Assembly (NCBI GenBank): GCA_946965045.2
Contig: OX337233.1
Coordinates: 1,116,001-1,180,000, forward strand
Source: Epithemia pelagica
Lineage: Eukaryota; Protista; Bacillariophyta
Reading direction: 5' to 3'
Length of the DNA stretch: 64,000 bases
The translations under genes and the position numbers were made by a program. Positions 55,803 through 64,000 of the stretch are shown piece by piece. The number at the start of each line of letters is the position of its first letter. Position 1 is the first letter of the stretch. The notes beneath the pieces were generated by a model, which had not been told where the DNA came from, did not search any database, and worked only from the letters and a program-made list of their open reading frames with translations.

Positions 55803-56921
55803 TTAAACAATGAATGGATTGGCTGTCAGTCTCCCTTCGGTGGCATTGCAGGAAAGCTGCGCTGCAGTGGCATCATCAATCAACGCAGAATGAAGTTGAC
55901 GAGCGTCGTAAATGACTGCTGTATTGTAACGATAAGGAACATGATACAATTGCTGGTACAAAGAGGTTGAGCCACTCGAATATCCTCCCGCACCCGACGA
56001 CCCATCCTGCTCGGCCGCTTGTTGAACCTTTTTGGAAAACCACAAATAGTCATGACAATTCAAATTGCCCCACCGACAATGACAGGACGCCGCCTCGACA
56101 AAGTCCGTCGTTCCAGGTTTCAAGCCCAGCTCTTGTACGGCCCGCTTCTTTAAGTGATTGCAATCACCCATTCGAAATCGACTGCCACCCGAGGCCGTTT
56201 CTTGGAAAAAGGCAGTTCCACCCGAGGCTTAAAAATCTGGATTGATGTAATGTAAAATTGCCAATTGAATGGGAACCTTTTTGCTTCCCACAATCCCAAT
56301 GTCAATGTGAGGCAACCGTTGCGTATGACTCAACGAGTCGGGATGGTAACACAAATTGCCAAAATAAGAATCGGTGGGCGACCATTCCACGTCTAACCGG
56401 CGATGGAGCGCCGTAAAGACCTTGTTCAAGTCGAACGAGGTCAGCCGTTCACGCACAGCCGCTCCATACGCATCGATCAAGTCGGTCCGAAGACCCGGAT
56501 ATCCACCCTCATTTTCGGGTACTGCTTTCAGTACCTTGTCCTCGTTTAGATCAAACTTGTCATAAAATCTTGCGTGATGAGGAATGACGGGACGCCAGTC
56601 ACTCATCGGTCGATCTTTCAACGTCTTGACGATGGAATCCAAAAGTGTTTCATCCAGGAAATTCTCAATGATCATGACTGGCGATGTAAAAGGATCCTCT
56701 CCGATCGAAACGGTTGTGATCTTTGGATCGTTGGTACTTGTGGCTTCTACGATAGATGGAGAGGCCTCACACGACGACGCTGTTTCTCCTGTGCTTGTTT
56801 CATCGACCGTGTTGGACTCGGCGTCGATGCAGGCCCCGTCCTGTTCCAAGGAGGAACACCATCCTGTATTCCAAACGGCCAAGAGTACTACGAACAGTGA
56901 TGCCTTTGGAGATGACTTCAT
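55803..56921 (-). pseudogene. Secreted DUF6445-like (2OG-Fe(II)/cupin) protein with one in-frame TAA at 56229-56231
   Basis: The 230-aa and 122-aa ORFs are one frame: ...QRLPHID...ILHYINPDF*ASGGTAFFQ...RYNTAVIYDARQLHSA...GRLTAN; N-terminal signal peptide. Confidence 0.75.
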
Positions 56922-57796
56922 TCTCTAGAGTGAAATCGGATAGAACCCAGTTGTGGATTGCAAGACTGCAGCAGCAGTGATAAGGTTATTAATCAAACGA
57001 CGGAGACAAAAGGCAAAATGTGGCGATTGTCATTGTTCATTCATGGAAGATTCTGTTTCTCGCCGATCTTTGGGTGGCGCTTCGCGCGACTCGGTGGAGC
57101 GCGGCCTGCGCGAAAATTGCCACGTGGAAGCTCGGTGGGAGTTGGGAGTACATAGCTATTCGTACCCCGACCTAACTCCATCGTAACCCTTCTGCAGTGG
57201 TATCTTCTGCACCATATTCTGTTTGTTTGCATCAGCTCCATCAGCGCTCCAGAGAGTATGACATTCTCATTTCTCTTCTCCTGGGATCGATAGAACTTTA
57301 GATCTTTCTTAGAACGTCTGTGGATCAACCAGTGCGAACCGTGCGGAACCACGAACTATTCTGACTACTACAAGCATTCATCTCTTCTGAGAGAGTTCAT
57401 TACAGAATATGGGGTGTGCACAAGAATTTAAGAATTTCGGGAGAAAGCGTCCATCCTCATGAAACCGAGTCATTCACCTACGCAGGCGGGATCTCCCCAG
57501 ACGGGTCAGCCGCTGTGACTCTTGCGTGCATCAGGGAACGAAACTTCTACGTACGGGACCAACGCCGCCATCCAACTACTCCTACGACTGAGAAATAAGC
57601 ACATCTGGGAGCTGGGAGACAGACGTGGTCATAGACGACTCCCATAGGCGACTCCCAGGTTCCGAATCTTTCGGAATAGTTTGCTGAGGTCAATGAGGAG
57701 ACTTTCATGACAAAGAAGAAGAAAAATGTAGCGTTACAGAAAAGAGAGTCATGTACAAGAGATTTCGCTGGGAAACCACAAAGGAACGAGGAGACT

Positions 57797-58348
57797 CTAG
57801 CAAAGAATGCCCTTGATGATTTCAGTGCTAATGGCGTCGTAGACATCCTCCCACGCTTGTTTCTGTGCGGGAGTTAGTTCCTTGCCCAGAAACTTTTCCA
57901 CAGCATAAATGACGGCTTGTCCCATGTAGGGAAAGTGTGATGGACTGAATCCCATGGCCTTGTGTTGTCGTCCCACTTGCTGAAGAATATCTTCGATAAA
58001 TTCATGATCCGGTCCGAGCATTTGAAAGACGGAATCAAACAAACTGGCAAAGGCCGAGGCGTGCATGAGGGAGGTTGCCTTGCCGTCTCCTTCGGCATGG
58101 CCAAAGACTTCTTTCGCCTTGGGATGGAGCTCAAACAATCTGAATAGTTTCAAGAGAAGCAGTCGAAATGATGAGGCTCTGACACTTCAAACATTACAAA
58201 AGAACAATCCAGGAAACACAAACGGTATCTACACGTACCTTTCCCATGCTACTAGTCCAAACTCGGTATCAAAGTCACTGGTACCAAAACGAGCCATATC
58301 CAAAGTCTCAAGGACGGCGGCAATTTGCTCGTATCGTACTTCCTCCAT
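57797..58348 (-). CDS. Single-domain 3/3 globin, two exons (58348-58239, 58139-57797), 150 aa
   Basis: 99-nt phase-2 GTACGT...TTCAG intron; R|LFELHPKAKEVF (CD1 Phe), SLMHA (distal His), VGRQHKAMG (proximal His), AWEDVYDAI. Confidence 0.92.
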
Positions 58349-58891
58349 TGTTTCGGTTGTGGTGGATTTGCCTGGATCTTTTTTGGTGATGGGAAAAATT
58401 TATGGCATCATGTATGGGTTTGCAAAATGGCAGGGATGACAAATGCCAACACATTCTTTCGGCTCTCTCATTGTTCCCGTGCGTTTTTACGTCCACTCTG
58501 ACGGAACTTTTATGCGTTGGCAGATGGTGGACAGACAAGGCTTACGAACGAAATGTCCTGTTGTATTGCCCACCAATTACCAACCAATAATCTTTTCTAA
58601 GGAATGATTCATCCATAAGCAATGCTGTCGGGCCTTGTCCTCCTCCTGATGTCCATAATGAGAACTAACGATCCCTACCAACAATAGATGGGTACACAAT
58701 TATTTAGTCGTAGACGAATTAATGAATAAACAATGCCATGGGCCTTGTCCTCTTCCCGAAGTCCACAATGCGAACCCCTCACGACTCACGATCCCTACCC
58801 GCTATGGATATGTACAGAATTATACAGTCGCATAAAATCGGGAAGACCAGGCGGGAGGACCCTTCGTGCATCGCGAATACGGTTAGCAAAC

Positions 58892-59004
58892 CGAGAAAGG
58901 GTCGCGTTTATGAGCGAAAGTTTAGCGATAGATAGCTCCTCTAAGTTGGAGGTGCCTATTAGTCACTCTTTATGTTTTTGTATCATCCACACCACGCTAT
59001 TTTG
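58892..59004 (+). repeat. Inferred 5' LTR of copia B
   Basis: CGAGAAAGG...CGCTATTTTG; same length and shared blocks as the copia A LTR; the partner LTR is outside the window. Confidence 0.7.
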
Positions 59005-59444
59005 GTTTATCAGACCCAATGACTCTGAGCTGAAGAGGAAGAAGAAAAGGAGCTAAGGGCACAATGGCCTGGGAAGGTCAAGAAATATCCGGATCGGACT
59101 AAGTAGGTCCATATGATCCGCCCAAGGATCTAGTCTCGTTGAATATCTGACTTGCAACGGAGCCAGACCGGACTAGTGAGGGGTGTGGTCTGCTACTGCG
59201 CACACCCTGGGCAATGGCGGACGCACCTGTTCTTTGCCGTTGAAAAGAAAAAGCCTGCCATGCGACCATGCGTTTTATCCACTTATGTGGCGCGGGACGA
59301 TAATGCAGCTGTGCACGCTCTCTACCTTGGTGATCGCTCATGTATCTACTTCAATGAATGAATGAGGGTAAGGTGCGCACGACGCACACAGTTCCGAATA
59401 CTGGAAAGTCTGAGAGAGTCCATCAAGAAAGATCTATTTGAACC

Positions 59445-60929
59445 ATGGCAGCACCCGATGCCGCAGCTCTGCTCCAAGAGCTAGATGACTACTGGTTGAA
59501 TACGTTACAGATTCAACAGCAAACAGTTCGAGATGCCCTGCATGCTCAGGGCTTACTGTCAGCGAGCGACTTCCTCGGCTTGACGGAAGAAGACGTCGCC
59601 GAAATTTGCAATAATGCAAGGAAGCCAGGAGGAACCGTTCCGAATCCAGCCTTTGACCCGTTGAACCCGGTTGTCGGCATAGCCCCTACCATTACGAATC
59701 CAGGAGTGTTAGTGGGCCATGTAATCGAGAAGAGATTGAAGATGATGAGATACTACATTCATCATTTGATGAAAGTCTCACGCTCTTTTGACCCTGCTGC
59801 ACCTGCCTCATCGCTACCAAATCTTCAAGACCTATATCGATTCAAGGAAAGTGAAGACGAGTACAAGAACAACGACATTGAACTGCCCGAGAAGCTGACT
59901 GCAGTAGAAAATATCCGTACCGTACTGGAAGATTTGGACGATTACTTCGAAAGAAAAAGAGGAGTAACTGGCATTCCCTTGGCCGCTTACACTCGTCCAC
60001 TCAACACAGTACCACCTCTGAATCTTGATCTGGGCTATGGTCGGCCAAGTATTATCCAAGAACTTGTGCGACGAGCACCGCACACAGGACCAACAGCCCT
60101 AACCGACAATGAAGCAGTATGGGACGCAGTCAGGCACGTAACCCATGATGGACCGGGATGGGGCTGGGTACAGATGTACAGCCGTAACAGGGACGGCAGA
60201 GGAGCCTACAGAGCCCTCAGAAATCACTACTTCGGAGATGCCTATCAAACTCCTTTGCGAGCGAAGGCAGACCAAACGTTGGAGACAAACTATTACGACG
60301 GCTCAAAACGTAACTTTACCTACGAGAAATATATTGAGTCCATGCAGAAGGCCTTTTCTGATCTCGAATCCACAGGAGAATTCGTGAGTGAAGAAAGGAA
60401 GATCCGCATTCTTCTCACGGGTATTCATGACACGCGACTTGAGAGTGCCAAGAATCAGATCCTAGCATCCCCAAATCTCCGAATCTCGTTTGAAGTGGCA
60501 TCAGGTTATCTCGCAGAAGTACTAGACAACAAGGTTTCCTACAGCGCTACTACGAGAAGGGCCAGGATTTCCGCTGTCCAATCAAGTGGCAACAAGAAAA
60601 ACAACAAAGGCAACAATAAGAATACCCCAACCAAATTCGATCCAAACAACCCAAACAAGTACTATCCTTACAAGTTATGGGTAAAGCTCACACCTGAGCA
60701 ACAACAATTGGTTCGAGACTCGCGAGACAAGCAAAATAGCAGCACTAAGAAACGTACTGCATCAGGAGTAAACTCGAACAAGAAGAAAAGGAAGAACAAT
60801 GACGGCTCATCGTCGGCGACAGACACGACAGAAGATTCGACAAGTAACGGAGATGACTCCTCGGAAGATAGAGAAGCTGGCATTGGTGCTATCATGAGCC
60901 AAAGGAAGAAGCGAAATGACCGAGTCTGA
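59445..60929 (+). CDS. gag: Gag of copia B
   Basis: 494 aa, clear homolog of copia A gag. Confidence 0.9.
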   Translation: MAAPDAAALLQELDDYWLNTLQIQQQTVRDALHAQGLLSASDFLGLTEEDVAEICNNARKPGGTVPNPAFDPLNPVVGIAPTITNPGVLVGHVIEKRLKMMRYYIHHLMKVSRSFDPAAPASSLPNLQDLYRFKESEDEYKNNDIELPEKLTAVENIRTVLEDLDDYFERKRGVTGIPLAAYTRPLNTVPPLNLDLGYGRPSIIQELVRRAPHTGPTALTDNEAVWDAVRHVTHDGPGWGWVQMYSRNRDGRGAYRALRNHYFGDAYQTPLRAKADQTLETNYYDGSKRNFTYEKYIESMQKAFSDLESTGEFVSEERKIRILLTGIHDTRLESAKNQILASPNLRISFEVASGYLAEVLDNKVSYSATTRRARISAVQSSGNKKNNKGNNKNTPTKFDPNNPNKYYPYKLWVKLTPEQQQLVRDSRDKQNSSTKKRTASGVNSNKKKRKNNDGSSSATDTTEDSTSNGDDSSEDREAGIGAIMSQRKKRNDRV

Positions 60930-63900
60930 CATAGAGTCAGCACGGTAGCAAGTGAAATAACTGTTATGACGGCAACGTGCGAATTGGATAGTCACGCGGA
61001 CACTTGCTGCCTTGGAGATGTCTGTCAGGTCCTATATACGACAGGCAAAGCAGAAGTCAGTGGTTTTACGAATTCACTTGGAAGCATCAAAGAAACTCCA
61101 ATCATCACTGGAGTAGTCGCCTATGATGACCCCAAATCAAACGAAACATACCTCTTATATTTTCATCAGGCCCTCCATTTACCGATGATGAATAAATGTT
61201 TGTTAAACCCCAACCAGATGAGAGAAGCAGGAGTCAAAGTGAATGACGTCCCTCTAAAATATATCAAGAGTGAGGACAGGAACAGTCACTCGCATTCGAT
61301 CATAGCTCCTTTCTCAGATGAAAGTGACCATCTTGTCATCCCATTCGACCATTGGGATGAAATCAAGAATATAGATCCGAGTAACAGGATCCATATGACT
61401 AACGACACACCGGAGTGGGATCCCAATGACTTGGCAGACGCCGACGAAAGGAAACTCCGTGTCGATTTAGAAACAGATGCAGTTCAAAAGAAAGAATCAA
61501 GAGACTTGCATCAAAGGATGACCCGAATGGTTCGGGTAAACACAAGGACGATTGCTGATTTGAGGCATCGTCGAAAGGGGACTGTGGACCCTGTAACTCT
61601 ATCAAGAAGATGGGGAATAGGTATCCCATTGGCTGAGAAGACTTGTTCGGCCACAACGCAAGTGGGAGTACGAGACTTTACTGACTCTATTGGAAGCAAG
61701 AGATTACGCCATACAGCGTATCAGTTAAAGCACAGACGGTTAAGAGCGGACGTCTACACAGATACCCTCTTCTCAGACGTCAAGTCACTTGGTCAGAATA
61801 CATGCGGACAAGTGTACGCGACAGATTTTGGATGGGTAGAGTTCTATCCCATGCAACGAAAGAAGGATGCACATAAGACACTTGAAAGAGTATTCAGTGA
61901 CTATGGCATCTTTAATAGTGTCATACCTGACAATGCACCTGAGTCAACAAGCGGTAACTTCAGGAAGACGGCGCACAAGTTCAGCTGCCGGATCAAACCA
62001 ATCGAGGCATACACTCCTAACCAGAATCTGGCTGAAGCCAATATTCGGGAACTAAAAAGGATGTATCGCCGTGAAATGAGAAGGACTAATTGTCCCTCAG
62101 TCCTCTGGGATCACTGCCTTGAACTAATGGCAGCACGGAGATCTCACACAGTCTTGTCGACTAGTCCATTCAATACCGGTCCACCCCTAACTACATTGAC
62201 AGGGGACACACCTGATATTTCTCACCTAGTGGAACATCGGTGGTACGACCCGGTTTGGTACTCCAATCCTGGGTTTGAAGGTCGAAAGTTGGGACGATGG
62301 CTCGGACCTAGCCAAAGCGTCGGTCAAGCCATGAGCTCAAAAGTCCTAACTGACAAAGGGAAAATTATATACAGGACGTCGGTTTGGCCCCTGTCTTCGG
62401 AGAAATCACACGATGAAACCTTCACAGCACAGCGTGAACAATTTGACGCTAATTTAAAAGCCGTATTGGGTGCAAGATTTGAAGGAATGCCGATAGAACA
62501 AGGAGAACCCGATGAAGATGGCACGGATACTCCGTTTTACGACGCATATGAGGATGATGAACAGGAAGATGTTCGGAAGCCTGACCTAGACCAATACAAG
62601 ACAGATTCCTATGACAAGCTCATTGCAGCGAAAGTCATGCTACCTTTGGGAGGATCATTGCGTCAGGGGCAAGTCAAGCGAAGGAAAAGAAATGCAGACG
62701 GCAACCTCATTGGTCGACCTTCAACGAACCCTATCCTAGACACGACCATGTACGAGGTCGAATTTCAAGATGGTCACGTGGAGTCTTACGCGGCAAACCT
62801 TATCGCGGAAAACATCTACGAACAACTTGACGAAGAGGGCAATAAGTATCGGCTCCTGAGCAGTATCGTTGATCACAAGAAAGATGCATCGGCTATCTCT
62901 ATCTCAGATGGTACCTTCCATTGGAACGGGAGAGAGCATAAGAAAAGAACTACCAGAGGTTGGTCATTGTGTGTCGAATGGAAAGACGGGTCAACATCTT
63001 GGGAGAAGTTGCAAGATCTCAAGGAATCCAATCCCTTGGAAGTCGCGGAATATGCTGTAGCCAATCTTATAGACAAGGAGCCAGCATTTGCATGGTGGGT
63101 CGCTTTTGCTCTGAAGCGACGGGATCGGCTGATCAAGGCGGCCAAGTCGACTCGATATTTCCGCAAATCACAAAAATACGGTATCGAACTGCCCAAAACG
63201 GTAGAAAGGGCGTTGGAGATTGACCGAGAGACCGGTACTGATTTCTGGGCTAAGGCATTGCAACTAGAAATGTCAAAGATATTCCCAGCAGTAAAGATAC
63301 TGGATGAGGGAATGCCGCAGCCCGTTGGTCACAAAGTAATTCCCTGCCATATCGTCTTTGACGTAAAGATGGACTTTACGCGAAAGGCGAGATATGTTGC
63401 AGGTGGCCACAAGACAGGAGAGCCTGAAACACCGACCTATGCGAGCGTTGTTTCCAGGGAAAGTGTGAGAATTGGGTTCATGTTGGCGGCATTGAATGGA
63501 GTGGACGTGACGGCCGCAGATATAGCCGGGGCTTACCTCAATGCCCCATGTCACGAAAGGATTTGTACACTCTGCGGTCTCGAATTCGGAAAGGAATACG
63601 AAGGACGTTACGCAGTAATAACAAAGGCACTCTATGGCCTCAAAACCAGTGCATTCGCCTGGAGAGAGCACCTGTCCACAACTCTACAAGAATCGTTGGG
63701 ATTCAAGCCCTGCAAGGCTGACCCTGACGTGTATTTGCGACCAGCAAAGAAACAAGATGGTTCTTTATATTATGAACTCGTGTTCATTTATATTGACGAC
63801 GTACTCGTAATCTCGCACAGGGGACGTGAAATCCTCAACATGCTTGACCAGCATTATCTATTGAAACCGGACTCAATAGGTCCACCCAAGATTTACCTTG

Positions 63901-64000
63901 GAAACGAAATTCAGACTTTTGACATCGACAACGACGTATCTAAACGGTGTTGGGCATTGAGCTCAAAGAAATATGCCAGTGAAGCCATCCGTAATGTAAA
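60930..64000 (+). CDS. pol: Pol of copia B (protease, integrase, partial RT); absent from ORF track because it runs off the end
   Basis: In frame behind the gag TGA: HRVSTVASEITVMTATCELDSHADTCC, VYTDT, VIPDNAPE, RKARYVAGGH, IYIDDVL. About 14 residues are missing after the protease relative to copia A. Confidence 0.9.

Larger units (their letters stand above)
58892..64000 (+). mobile_element. Ty1/copia LTR retrotransposon (CoDi-like), element B, truncated by the window edge
   Basis: 113-bp LTR-like segment 58892-59004 alignable to the copia A LTR; same PBS; gag; pol open to the window end. Confidence 0.93.

Noticed and set aside
59180-59270. HDV-like ribozyme in the copia leader (G.U-closed P1, TGC/GCA P3, then GG)
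   Set aside because: The loop lacks the CC needed for P1.1, no C-x-R-A J4/2 or convincing P2 was found, and P3 is broken in element A. Kept only as a generic structured RNA.
1-64000. tRNA or rRNA genes
   Set aside because: No cloverleaf or rRNA-like sequence recognised by eye; a tRNAscan-SE/Infernal run would be needed to exclude them.

Overview
Eukaryotic nuclear DNA, most likely a pennate diatom (inferred from CoDi-type copia elements, short GT-AG introns, and HA-domain and NTGTN-sulfotransferase families). Host genes: a sulfotransferase-like gene running off the left edge (missed by the ORF track), a two-exon ROD/KNTC1-like gene, an inverted pair of N-acylated NmrA-like genes around a leishmanolysin-like protease, a flavin-reductase-like gene, a membrane-less P-type ATPase fragment, an HA-domain protein, an ORC3-like gene, a DUF6445-like dioxygenase with one internal stop, and a globin with a B12.2 intron. 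About half the window is transposable elements. (1) A 9.7-kb Tc1/mariner-type DNA transposon (12589-22325; 34-bp TIRs; TA duplication supported by an adjacent empty-site copy) carries cargo, including a SET domain + His/Pro/Tyr linker + 2OG-Fe(II) dioxygenase reading frame split by one TAA. (2) Two related Ty1/copia elements share short LTRs lacking TG...CA, a primer site matching a tRNA-Ile anticodon arm, a covarying structured leader, and an in-frame Val-UGA-His gag/pol junction. (3) A Harbinger MITE, and a decayed Harbinger element with a decayed Ty3/gypsy element inserted just upstream of its transposase. The best candidates for undescribed biology are the transposon-borne SET/dioxygenase cargo and the copia replication/translation signals. 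All family assignments come from motif recognition by eye; no database search was run.
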